From contig CALRZN010000011.1 of NCBI GenBank assembly GCA_943372645.1, positions 20,200 through 84,199 of the forward strand: a stretch of 64,000 bases of DNA, in the 5' to 3' direction. Shown here in pieces: positions 47,310 through 56,515 of this stretch. Origin of the DNA: Chitinophaga pinensis (GTDB taxonomy: Bacteria; Bacteroidota; Bacteroidia; Palsa-965). Under the pieces are notes generated by a model. That model was given only the letters and a program-made list of their open reading frames with translations, ran no database searches and was not told the origin of the DNA. A program made the position numbers and the translations under genes. Each line of letters begins with the position of its first letter. Position 1 is the stretch's first letter.

Positions 47310-48509
47310 ATGCGTGCACTTTACTGTTTTGCTGCACTGCTATTTGCGGCTTTCGCCGGAAAAGCACAGCCCTTTACCAAAAACTACATCATGAGTTTTC
47401 ACACCTGCGATGCCAGCTGTACCGGCTTCCAGGATCACATGGTACACCTTGCGGAATCAAACGACGGGATAACGTGGACAACGGTTCCGAACTTTGTTCC
47501 ATACACGGGTAGCGTGCCGGATGTGATTGTGCGTGGTACCAAAGTGTACATCTTTACACCGGGCATGGTAAAACGCTACGATCATACCACGGGCCTGTGG
47601 GAAAACAACCCGCAACCGGTAAGCATTGTTGATTCGAATAATGTGCCCGTATCATTTGTCGATCCGTCGGCCATTGTGGACAGCAACGGCAACCTCGTGT
47701 TGTTTTTCCTCAACGCCACCGGCCTCACCGGCGATCCCGCGGGATGCAGCAGTTATCCGTGCAACAAGTATTTTGATTCAGCCACGGAAGTCCCGGGATC
47801 GGATGGTACCCAGTTCGTGATGAATGCCGGCCACCGCGCCAGCGTTACACTAAACAGCAGCCCGCAAACCGCTTCCGATCCCGATATTTATTTCGACGGT
47901 ACAAATTACCAGCTCTACATTTCCAGCGGGCCTTCTACGCTTGCGGCGCACTCCGCTTCGCTGCACGGTCCGTATGCATTATACGCCCTGCCAAACAACG
48001 GCACGCTCATCCAGAACGGAGGCGTACCCTGCGGGATGTATGATACGCAGGCTTCCACCTACCGCACGTATGCGCATGCAGCAAATATGAGTGCGGCAGC
48101 GGAAATACGGATGTTTGCGCACACGGGGTTTGCATCACAACTCAGTACCTACACCACGGTTATTTCCGGTCCCATTATCGGCGAACCGGTAACTACAAAA
48201 ACAGAAAGTCCGGGCATTTGCAGCAACACATTGCTAACGCTCGGCATGGCCGCGCAGCAGTCCACACTCCCCTGCCGCGTATATCCGAACCCGGTAACAA
48301 CAGCAAATGATGCGCTTACCATAGAACTGGATGTACCTGCAACAACATTTACAGTTCACCTGTATGATCTTTCGGGCCGCCGCATTTACACCGAATCGTT
48401 TACCGGTCAGCAGGCAATCCTGACAGGGCTGCATCCCGCACCGGGAATTTATGTGATGGAGCTGATTTCCGGAAACCGGCGCAGTTACCGGAAAGTAACA
48501 TGGCAGTGA
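47310..48509 (+). CDS. T9SS-secreted hypothetical protein (possible beta-propeller/GH-like N-domain) with C-terminal sorting domain
   Basis: Signal peptide. C-terminus CRVYPNPVTTANDALTIELD...VHLYDLSGRRIY...GIYVMELISGNRRSYRKVTWQ is a Por secretion CTD. Confidence 0.65.
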   Translation: MRALYCFAALLFAAFAGKAQPFTKNYIMSFHTCDASCTGFQDHMVHLAESNDGITWTTVPNFVPYTGSVPDVIVRGTKVYIFTPGMVKRYDHTTGLWENNPQPVSIVDSNNVPVSFVDPSAIVDSNGNLVLFFLNATGLTGDPAGCSSYPCNKYFDSATEVPGSDGTQFVMNAGHRASVTLNSSPQTASDPDIYFDGTNYQLYISSGPSTLAAHSASLHGPYALYALPNNGTLIQNGGVPCGMYDTQASTYRTYAHAANMSAAAEIRMFAHTGFASQLSTYTTVISGPIIGEPVTTKTESPGICSNTLLTLGMAAQQSTLPCRVYPNPVTTANDALTIELDVPATTFTVHLYDLSGRRIYTESFTGQQAILTGLHPAPGIYVMELISGNRRSYRKVTWQ

Positions 48510-48544
48510 TTACGCTGCAGCATATTGCTGCGTTATAAAACAAA

Positions 48545-48576
48545 AGAGGCTGCCTTTTCAGACAGCCTCTTTTTTA
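48545..48576. terminator. Bidirectional rho-independent terminator between convergent T9SS genes
   Basis: aaaag-AGAGGCTG-ccttttcaga-CAGCCTCT-tttttt. 8-bp GC-rich stem with an A-run on the left and a T-run on the right. Confidence 0.7.
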
Positions 48577-48593
48577 TTCCAATGAATTACTGT

Positions 48594-50912
48594 TTACTGT
48601 TTTACAAACGGGTAATTTGCTTTACCGGTTTCAGAAATCAGCACCAGGTTGTAGTTGCCCATCGGCAGTGCTTCAACGTTGATATCAGCAGCGCCGTTAC
48701 CGGAAACCTGCTGTGTAGCAACGAGGCTACCGCGAACATCACGAATTTCGATTGTGTTAACAGCTACTTTCGAAGCATCCCAACGCACCTGCAGTGTTGT
48801 TGTTGCAGGGTTCGGCATGTAACGAACACCCGGGAAGCCGGCAATTTCGTTAATGCCGGTACATGGGTTTACAACAATTGTTCCTGTTGTAGTATTCGAA
48901 CAGCCATTCGCATCGGTATACGAATATGTAATTGTGTGTGTACCGTTACCGGCAGTAAGCGGGGTAAACACACCGGCAGTTACACCCGGGCCGGTATAGG
49001 TTCCGCCTGCAGGCGATCCCTGGCTCAGTGTAATTACACCGTCATTCAAACAATGGGTACCGAGGCTGCTCATTGTAACTGTGGGCAGCGGGTTTACGGT
49101 TACTGTAGCGTTTGCCGTATTTGAACAGCCATTCGCATCAGTTCCGGTTACAGTATAAGTGAGCGTTGATGTCGGAATGAACGGAACGTTATTGGTAATG
49201 CCACCGGTCCATGCATATGAAACAGCTCCCTGTCCGAACAGTATTACCGAATCACCGGCACAAACTGTAATTGAAGACAGGTTTGTGGAAACTGTCGGAA
49301 GCGGATTAACAGTAATGTCAATCGTAGCTGTATTTACACAACCTGAACTGTCGGTACCAGTTACGGTATAGGTTGTTGTAGCTGTCGGTGAAACAGTTAC
49401 CGGTGAGCCGCTGAGTGAACCCGGATTCCATGCATACGATGCAGCACCAGAACCTGAAAGGCTGGTTGAAGAACCAAGACAGATTGCAGAATCAGAAGCA
49501 GTTGCAGCAACTACCGGAAGTGCATTAACACCAACTGTAACTGTTCCTGTATTCGAACAGCCGTTGCCGTCGGTACCGTTAACAGTGTAGGTTGTAGTTG
49601 TAGCCGGTGAAACCATCAGCGGGTTGCTGGTAGAAGATCCCGGGGTCCATACATACGAAGTGGCACCGGTAGCGGTAAGTGTTGCTGAGTCACCGGCACA
49701 AATTGCAGATGCGCTTGAAGTAGCAGCTACTGTCGGCAGTGCATTTACAGTTACAGCAATGCTGTCCATCGGACCATTCAGTGCGCAGGGAACGTTTTGT
49801 CCCATTACATAGATCCAGTAGTTACCCGGAGTTGTTCCGGTTACGTTGATGGTAGTAGTTCCCTGTCCCGAGTTTAAAGTCAGGCCCGAAGGAACAGTCC
49901 ACTGGTATGCTGTTGAGTTTGCATCGGTAGATGATGTATAGCTAACTGATGCACCCTCGCAGAATGCAGCCGAACCGGTAATGGTATGTGTTCCCGGTGT
50001 CGGGCTTGTCCAGGAAATAGTTACCTGTCCGTTTCCGAGCCAGATACCATTGTTAACAACGCCGCTGGTTACACCGCCGATAAACGTTGATCCGCCGCCG
50101 CCGCCGCCGCCTGCACCTTTTGAGTTACCGGCACAACCGGTAGTTCCTGCAGAACCACCGCCGCCGCCGCCGCCGCCAAGCTGTCCGCCGCCGCCGCCGC
50201 CGCCACCAACAACACTGTTGGATGAAGAGCAGCAGCAGGTTTGTCCGGCACCGCCGTTACCACCTGTGCCTGTTGTAGCCGTAGATCCCGGTCCACCAAG
50301 AAATCCGGAACAACCTACACCGGCTGCACCTAATGCACCCTGTATGCTTCCGAAGTTTCCGCCTTTACCGCCACCGGCAACGCCAGAGCTTTGGGGCGAG
50401 TCATTGCCATTTACGCCAACTCCGCCGCCGCCGAAACCGCCGTTTCCACCTACACCACCAACACCGCTGCCTTCGTGGCAACCGCCACGTCCGCCGCCGC
50501 CGCCGCCACCGGCAGTGATTACACGGTTTGCTTCTGCTGTGCCGCCGATACGGATATCTGTTGCGCCACCGCCGCCACCGGCATTCTGTGATCCGCCGTT
50601 GGCACCGCCGTTAAAACCGCCGGCAGGTGTTGCACCCTGGCCACCTACGAAAATATTCAGAATATCGCCGGGAGCTACAGCACGGAAGCCTTCTGCATAT
50701 CCGCCGAGTCCGCCGTTTCCACCGGAAACATTGTTTCCGCCGAGCGCACCCGAGCCGCCCTGTGCACCCCAGGTTTGAATAAATACAGAAGTTACACCGC
50801 AGGGAACCGTAAAGGTCTGGATGCCTCCTGTAAAGTTAAATGTGGCTGTTTGCGCAGAAAGCCCGAGGGACAATCCGGCAAATAAACCAACTAATACGTT
50901 AGTTTTTCTCAT
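48594..50912 (-). CDS. Glycine-rich secreted protein with Ig-like repeats and T9SS C-terminal sorting domain
   Basis: 772 aa; signal peptide. N-terminal ~300 aa of GGxGGxG low complexity (GGNGGLGG...GGGGGGGRGG...), repeated ...NPLPTV...GDS..L...G..SYAW..G... Ig-like units. C-terminus ...YMPNPATTTLQVRW...GNYNLVLISETGKANYPFVKQ (CTD). The antisense proline-rich ORF 49981..50778 is an artifact. Confidence 0.75.
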   Translation of the reverse strand: MRKTNVLVGLFAGLSLGLSAQTATFNFTGGIQTFTVPCGVTSVFIQTWGAQGGSGALGGNNVSGGNGGLGGYAEGFRAVAPGDILNIFVGGQGATPAGGFNGGANGGSQNAGGGGGATDIRIGGTAEANRVITAGGGGGGGRGGCHEGSGVGGVGGNGGFGGGGVGVNGNDSPQSSGVAGGGKGGNFGSIQGALGAAGVGCSGFLGGPGSTATTGTGGNGGAGQTCCCSSSNSVVGGGGGGGGQLGGGGGGGGSAGTTGCAGNSKGAGGGGGGGSTFIGGVTSGVVNNGIWLGNGQVTISWTSPTPGTHTITGSAAFCEGASVSYTSSTDANSTAYQWTVPSGLTLNSGQGTTTINVTGTTPGNYWIYVMGQNVPCALNGPMDSIAVTVNALPTVAATSSASAICAGDSATLTATGATSYVWTPGSSTSNPLMVSPATTTTYTVNGTDGNGCSNTGTVTVGVNALPVVAATASDSAICLGSSTSLSGSGAASYAWNPGSLSGSPVTVSPTATTTYTVTGTDSSGCVNTATIDITVNPLPTVSTNLSSITVCAGDSVILFGQGAVSYAWTGGITNNVPFIPTSTLTYTVTGTDANGCSNTANATVTVNPLPTVTMSSLGTHCLNDGVITLSQGSPAGGTYTGPGVTAGVFTPLTAGNGTHTITYSYTDANGCSNTTTGTIVVNPCTGINEIAGFPGVRYMPNPATTTLQVRWDASKVAVNTIEIRDVRGSLVATQQVSGNGAADINVEALPMGNYNLVLISETGKANYPFVKQ

Positions 50913-51098
50913 GAGTTGTTTGGTTTGGTTTAGTTCGGAAAAATACGCCTAAAATTGGTTCTACCCTAAAAAGAGCGAAATAAACAAGTCGTTTAATCCT
51001 GTACAATGCCGCCTGCACTGGCTTAATGCCGGCAGCTAATCTTTTAATAAGGAACTGTTTACGTGCAAATCATGTTCACGTAATTTTCAGGAACACCC

Positions 51099-51551
51099 CT
51101 ATACACTTTTTATGCGCGGATCAAATTGAAAGGATTCGGTACGCAGCAATTTGATTTTCGGGAAATCGGGATGTGACGTATTTAAAACGTAATTAAATTC
51201 ATCCGGGATTATTGCAGAAGGTACTTCCAGAACGGCACTTTCGCGACGCATTGCCCACGAATCACCAATGGAGCGGGTATAGGATGAAGCAGCCCATTCC
51301 CGCCAGGTAGTTTCCAGCTGATGAAGCGGAATGGATGTGATTTTCAGATCGTCCGGTATTTGAATGAGCATTGTTCGGAAATTCTGGCTGAGTCCTTGTC
51401 CGTCGCGGTGTACCACGTTTTCCAGGCAGGCCAGTGAGCGTGAACTGGCAGCATATAACACATAAACGCCTTTGGAATTCCACCGTGCAGCGTTTCCGGA
51501 AGCGACCAGTTTGTCGGCCCATTTTTCGAGTGAAATCCTGTAAACGATCAT
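51099..51551 (-). CDS. RES-domain toxin (putative NAD+-targeting toxin of a RES/Xre-type TA pair)
   Basis: 150 aa; MIVYRISLEKWADKLVASGNAARWNSKGVYVLYAASSRSLACLE matches the RES-domain opening (v.R....., .GgRWN..G...lY.a.s...A.lE) with the conserved R...S...E triad context. Confidence 0.7.
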   Translation of the reverse strand: MIVYRISLEKWADKLVASGNAARWNSKGVYVLYAASSRSLACLENVVHRDGQGLSQNFRTMLIQIPDDLKITSIPLHQLETTWREWAASSYTRSIGDSWAMRRESAVLEVPSAIIPDEFNYVLNTSHPDFPKIKLLRTESFQFDPRIKSV

Positions 51552-51554
51552 GGC

Positions 51555-52166
51555 TCAGGCGAGATCTCCGTATTCGATGCGGATAACTTCTTCGGTGACA
51601 AGTTCGGTGCCGCCGGGGGTTTGGATGAGTTCGAAGGGAACCTGCCGGCCCAATCCAAATGCGGGCTGGTGCATCCAGGTGTTAAAGGATGTAATGCTGC
51701 CGAATACCTCGTAGCCTTTTTCGTAAAGAGAAATAATGCGGATGAGGTGCTCGGCGGTGGAGCGATCTAAGAGGGTGGCATTGCTGCGGTAACGGGTAAG
51801 CGTTTTGAGAGAAAGCTGTAGTTTCTCGGCAAGCTGTTCTTTGGAGATGGCTGCCTTATCGGCAAACTGAAAAAACAAACCAGAAGGAACACCGGCTGCC
51901 GCTTTAATATAAACCGCGAGGTTGTCGCCGGCTTTAACGGCATAGGAGGCGAGTTCGGGATTTGCTTTGGAACGGCTCCGGGGGGTGTAGTTTGATTTAA
52001 AAGCGGGAGCTACTGCCAAACCGTATGCCTGGAAGGGCTCCGCAGCAATAAGATGTGCTGCAGCCGGATTTTTTTTAAGGGGTTTGGCCTTGCTGGCGGA
52101 TGCGGGGGCTGTTTTTTTCTTTTTCATTTCTTTTTTCCTCCACCACAAATATAGACTTTTTTCCAT
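51555..52166 (-). CDS. Xre-type antitoxin with C-terminal toxin-binding domain (ParS/MbcA family, DUF2384-like)
   Basis: HTH ...ISKEQLAEKLQLSLKTLTRY.... C-terminus ...AEHLIRIISLYEKGYEVFGS...NTWMHQPAFGLGRQVPFELIQTPGGTELVTEEVIRIEYG fits the MbcA/ParS toxin-neutralising domain. Lies 4 nt upstream of the RES gene. Basic N-terminal extension, so the true start may be an internal Met. Confidence 0.65.
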   Translation of the reverse strand: MEKSLYLWWRKKEMKKKKTAPASASKAKPLKKNPAAAHLIAAEPFQAYGLAVAPAFKSNYTPRSRSKANPELASYAVKAGDNLAVYIKAAAGVPSGLFFQFADKAAISKEQLAEKLQLSLKTLTRYRSNATLLDRSTAEHLIRIISLYEKGYEVFGSITSFNTWMHQPAFGLGRQVPFELIQTPGGTELVTEEVIRIEYGDLA

Positions 52167-52292
52167 TGCACAATATACTTTTGTCTACATCTTTTCAACA
52201 CCCTCCCATTTCCCCTTTTCAGGTAGTAATATATGTTGCTCCCCGGCAAGCGCCGAATTTTGTACCTTTGCACCGTTTTATACCAAAAAACT

Positions 52293-53498
52293 ATGTTGCA
52301 TAAAATTGAAGAAGCGCTCGAAGCGATCAGGGCCGGAAAAGTGATAATTGTGGTGGATGATGAAGACCGCGAAAACGAAGGCGACTTCATTACCGCAGCG
52401 CGCAATGTTACACCGGAAGTAATCAACTTTATGGCCACTCACGGCCGCGGCCTGATCTGTGCTCCCATCATTGAAGACCGTGCTGACGAACTGGGCCTCG
52501 AACTGATGGTGCGAAACAACTCGTCCATTCACGAAACGCCTTTTACGGTTTCTATTGACCTGCTTGGGCATGGCTGTTCTACCGGAATTTCGGCACACGA
52601 CCGTTCAAAAACCATCCAGGCGCTGATTGATCCGACTATCCGCCCGGAAGAATATGGCAAACCGGGACATATTTTCCCGCTCCGCGCCAAAAAAGAAGGT
52701 GTGCTGCGTCGTGCCGGCCATACCGAAGCCACCATTGACCTTGCTCGCATGGCCGGTTTTGAGCCGGTAGGTGCACTGGTCGAAATCATGAATGAAGACG
52801 GAACCATGGCGCGTCTTCCCGAACTGCTGGAAATTGCCAAAAAGTTCGATCTGAAAATCATCTCCATCAAAGACCTCATTGAATACCGCCTGCGCACAGA
52901 AACCGTTATCCATAAAGACGTGCAGGTACAACTGCCCACCCGCTTCGGCAGTTTCGAACTGGTATGTTATACGCACGAAACCACCGCACAGCAGCACCTC
53001 GCACTCATCAAAGGCAGTTGGGAAAAAGAGGAACCCGTATTGGTGCGTGTGCATTCGTCGTGCATGACCGGCGATATTTTCGGATCGTGCCGCTGCGATT
53101 GCGGACCACAACTGCAGAAAGCCATGGAACTGATTGAAGCCAATGGCAAAGGCGTAATCCTGTATATGAACCAGGAAGGCCGCGGCATCGGGCTGCTGAA
53201 TAAACTGAAAGCATACAAACTGCAGGAAGAAGGCCGCGATACCGTGGAAGCCAATATCGAACTCGGGTTCCGTATGGACGAACGCGATTACGGAATCGGT
53301 GCACAGATCCTGCGCGATCTTGGTATCTCGAAAATAAAACTGCTCACCAACAATCCGAAAAAACGCGCCGGCCTGATGGGTTACGGCCTCGAGATTGTAG
53401 AAAATGTGGGACTGGAAATCAAGTCCAATGCCCACAACAAACTGTATCTTGAAACCAAGCGCGACAAAATGGGCCACACACTCAAGATGGGCGAATAA
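52293..53498 (+). CDS. ribBA: Bifunctional 3,4-dihydroxy-2-butanone-4-phosphate synthase / GTP cyclohydrolase II
   Basis: [32 protein letters not shown] (RibB), ...[23 protein letters not shown] (RibA zinc motif). 401 aa from ATG 52293. Confidence 0.9.
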   Translation: MLHKIEEALEAIRAGKVIIVVDDEDRENEGDFITAARNVTPEVINFMATHGRGLICAPIIEDRADELGLELMVRNNSSIHETPFTVSIDLLGHGCSTGISAHDRSKTIQALIDPTIRPEEYGKPGHIFPLRAKKEGVLRRAGHTEATIDLARMAGFEPVGALVEIMNEDGTMARLPELLEIAKKFDLKIISIKDLIEYRLRTETVIHKDVQVQLPTRFGSFELVCYTHETTAQQHLALIKGSWEKEEPVLVRVHSSCMTGDIFGSCRCDCGPQLQKAMELIEANGKGVILYMNQEGRGIGLLNKLKAYKLQEEGRDTVEANIELGFRMDERDYGIGAQILRDLGISKIKLLTNNPKKRAGLMGYGLEIVENVGLEIKSNAHNKLYLETKRDKMGHTLKMGE

Positions 53499-53557
53499 GC
53501 CACGTGCAATATTTTAAAGCGTAACGCGTTTCAGAAACATACCATAACCATTCTCCC

Positions 53558-54901
53558 ATGTATTCACTCCGGCTCCTGGTGCCCGCGCTCCTGCTTTGTT
53601 TTAAACTTACAGCGCAGGAAGCGATTCCCGAAACGTATGTTCCGTTTGAACCCAAACGTGTAAAAGTAGAAGCCCCGCAGGAAGCCGTCATAAACGCGGC
53701 ATGGGATGCGCTGCCCGTGGGCAAACGTATGCGCCTTACTACGCTTTCGCCGGCCGAAAACAAACTGAAGAATGCCGACCGCATGGTGCTTTCTGAAAAA
53801 CGGTGTCAGTACATCATGAAGTACCTTATGAAACTGGATATTCCGGTAACCTCCTACGCGGTACTCATTAATCCGTTTGACAAAAAGAAAAAACCGGCCG
53901 TAAGTGAAATGACCAACGCCGGTTACCGCACCATGACCAGCGCCGGGCAAGGCATTTATACCGTGGTGCTTTACCGCGAAGGATACGAAGGCATTCCGTT
54001 CACCGGCAGCGATACCATGGATTATGAGTTTACATCGTGCCAGGACCTGAAACTCAATATTGGTGCCGGCGGCCAGTTAATCGGCATGCAGGGCACTGTA
54101 ATTATTTTCCCGCCGGCCGCGCTGGTGTATGAAAATGGCGACAAACCGGAATGCGACATTGCCGATATCTGCCTCCGCGAGTTTTATGAAAAAGGCGACA
54201 TCCTCGCAGCAGGCCTCACCACACATTCCGGCAGGCGCATGCTGCAGAGCGGCGGCATGATTTACCTGCAGGCCACCTGCAAGGGCAAAAAAATGCGCCT
54301 CGTGAGCGGTAAAACAATCAAAGTGCAGTTTCCGACCAACGGTGCCAAAAAAGAAAAAGGCATGCATACGTTTTACGGCCGCCACCAGGATAACCTCACC
54401 AACTGGGTGCCGTCAATCCGGGAAGAAGGAAAAACACAGGACAAACCCAAACCGGAAGTGCTCATTGCACCGATTGAAGGCGAAGGCGATAGCGAAATCG
54501 AATACGAAGGCGAAGAAGAACAAATGTACGCCGATAAAAGCGAAGCCTATTTTATGGAAAGTTCACGCCTCGGCTGGATCAACTGCGACCGGTTTTATGA
54601 TATCCCGGAAAAAACAGACCTGTTTGTAAAAGCCGACAGTGCAATGAAACCTTCGGTACGCCTCGTGTTTGCAGACATCAAATCGGTGGTGCCGGGTTAT
54701 AAATACGGCAAGGATTACACCGTAAAATTTGATGATATGCCGAAAGGAAAAGTGGCAACCGTGGTGGTGTTTGTTACCAAAGGCGACCAGATTTACCTCG
54801 GTATGGAAGAAGTAACCTTAGGCAAAGTAACAAACCTGGATGTGGCCATGCGGCCTGTGAGCAAAGATGAATTCCGGAGGGAAATCGGTGCCTTGAATTA
54901 A
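53558..54901 (+). CDS. Hypothetical secreted protein
   Basis: 447 aa; signal peptide MYSLRLLVPALLLCFKLTAQE. Acidic stretch EGEGDSEIEYEGEEE. No recognisable domain. Confidence 0.4.
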   Translation: MYSLRLLVPALLLCFKLTAQEAIPETYVPFEPKRVKVEAPQEAVINAAWDALPVGKRMRLTTLSPAENKLKNADRMVLSEKRCQYIMKYLMKLDIPVTSYAVLINPFDKKKKPAVSEMTNAGYRTMTSAGQGIYTVVLYREGYEGIPFTGSDTMDYEFTSCQDLKLNIGAGGQLIGMQGTVIIFPPAALVYENGDKPECDIADICLREFYEKGDILAAGLTTHSGRRMLQSGGMIYLQATCKGKKMRLVSGKTIKVQFPTNGAKKEKGMHTFYGRHQDNLTNWVPSIREEGKTQDKPKPEVLIAPIEGEGDSEIEYEGEEEQMYADKSEAYFMESSRLGWINCDRFYDIPEKTDLFVKADSAMKPSVRLVFADIKSVVPGYKYGKDYTVKFDDMPKGKVATVVVFVTKGDQIYLGMEEVTLGKVTNLDVAMRPVSKDEFRREIGALN

Positions 54902-55695
54902 ATCTTGTGTTTGATCTGGTCTACCAGTTCAATAAACTCCTTCTTCTTTTTGATATCCGGGTTCCAGGTTAATCCCATCGCGGCGAGGTCGAGCGTTTCG
55001 GTAACGGTGGCGCCTTCTTTTTCTCCTTCGCGCGCAAGAATGTACACCATATCCGAAATGGCCATGGCGTTTTCGATGTCGTGGCTTACAATCACCAGCG
55101 TGTTATGATCATGCAGCTGCGATACTTTTACAAGCAGATCCACCACCCGATCCAGCACCAGCACATCGAGGCCGGAGAACGGCTCATCAAACAAAATAAA
55201 ATTATTACCGGCCAGCACCTGCTGCAATATGCTCACCCGCTGGCGTTGACCGCCGGAAAGCTGCATCGGGTATTTTTTAAGATGTTCCTTGATCTGGAAA
55301 TCGTCCGCGTGTTTTTCGATGATGTCTTTGATCTGCTTTTCCGTTAATTTCTGTCCCGACTGCACGAGACCGATCTGCAGGTTCTGGTATACCGTACGGT
55401 GATTAAACAGGATGTAATTCTGCGGCACAATGCCTACTTCACCGGGTTGTACCGGGTGCTGATCAACGCCAATGTGAACCGTTCCCGAAGTCGGTTTATT
55501 AAGCCCGGCCAGTATTTTAAACAACTGCGTCTTCCCGATCCCGCTCCGCCCGATAAGCGAAACGATCTGCCCCTGCTGTATATCCGGACGGGTTATGTTC
55601 AATATCTTGAAATTGACATCGCGCAGAATCGTTTTATCGTATTTCAGGCTCACGTTCTCAACGTGGAGCAGGCATTCGTTACGCTGGTAGTTCAT
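54898..55695 (-). CDS. ABC transporter ATP-binding protein (NitT/TauT-type)
   Basis: Start taken at the Met overlapping the permease stop (MNYQRNECLLHVENVSL...). GRSGIGKTQL Walker A, LSGGQRQRVSI signature, ILFDEPFSGLD Walker B. Confidence 0.8.
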   Translation of the reverse strand: MNYQRNECLLHVENVSLKYDKTILRDVNFKILNITRPDIQQGQIVSLIGRSGIGKTQLFKILAGLNKPTSGTVHIGVDQHPVQPGEVGIVPQNYILFNHRTVYQNLQIGLVQSGQKLTEKQIKDIIEKHADDFQIKEHLKKYPMQLSGGQRQRVSILQQVLAGNNFILFDEPFSGLDVLVLDRVVDLLVKVSQLHDHNTLVIVSHDIENAMAISDMVYILAREGEKEGATVTETLDLAAMGLTWNPDIKKKKEFIELVDQIKHKI

Positions 55696-56477
55696 TATTT
55701 CGACGTTCCGAGATTCGTGTAAGGGAATAACCATTTGCGCATTTGTCCGAGCAGCAGGTCGAACAAAATACCGATCACAAAAATGATGATCAGGATTGCA
55801 AACACGGCCGGCAGGTTCACCACCTTGTTGTATTTGATGATGAGCGTACCCAGCCCGCCTTCCGACATGCTGTACCCTTCCACCATCGTAATCATCATCC
55901 ACGCAATGGCAAAGTTCTGGCGCATCACTTCAAACACGCTATCGAAACGGCCCACGATCACCACTTCCCACAGTGTGCGCCACGTGCTCATGCGCAGGGT
56001 GCGGCAGAGTTCGTATTCCTGGCGATTGATTTCCGAAATGATCGATAGCAGCGAGGTGGTGAAAAACGGAACAATACCGAAAATAAGCAGGCTCATTTTC
56101 AGTTGTGAACCATTGCTCGTAATCAGCACAAACAAAAAGATGAGGCCGGTTAACGTGAGGTAACGGCACTTCACAATAAAGTTGGCAATGGGTTCAAACA
56201 CCGGGATGAGCGAGAGGTAGGAAATCAGCAGCGCAATAACAATAGAAATACCCATGCCTTTCAGCGTGAGGATAAGACTTGCGAAAAAGTCATCCATGAA
56301 ACTGGAGCGCGTAAACACCTCGTTCATCGCCGACAGCACCCTGCCCGGTGTCGGTATCAGGTCGCCGCTGGCAAACTGCCATAGCAATACCGCGATAACG
56401 ATTTCGATTGCGGCCAAAATAAGAACCGTTTTCCGGTTGATTACGGAAAACGGTTCGAAAAGTGCTTTAATATTCAT
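55695..56477 (-). CDS. ABC transporter permease (binding-protein-dependent inner membrane component)
   Basis: 260 aa, 6 TM helices. EAA-like loop ...EYELCRTLRMSTWRTLWEV.... Confidence 0.75.
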   Translation of the reverse strand: MNIKALFEPFSVINRKTVLILAAIEIVIAVLLWQFASGDLIPTPGRVLSAMNEVFTRSSFMDDFFASLILTLKGMGISIVIALLISYLSLIPVFEPIANFIVKCRYLTLTGLIFLFVLITSNGSQLKMSLLIFGIVPFFTTSLLSIISEINRQEYELCRTLRMSTWRTLWEVVIVGRFDSVFEVMRQNFAIAWMMITMVEGYSMSEGGLGTLIIKYNKVVNLPAVFAILIIIFVIGILFDLLLGQMRKWLFPYTNLGTSK

Positions 56478-56515
56478 GCCTGTTGATTAGCGAATTAATA
56501 AGGCAATACAATTGG

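Noticed and set aside
52167-52292. Possible FMN riboswitch upstream of ribBA
   Set aside because: The 125-nt leader lacks the conserved FMN-aptamer blocks (such as GGAUAGUGAAAGGGAA... / CCGACAGU..AGUCUGGAUG). No supporting structure seen by eye. An Infernal/Rfam scan would be needed.
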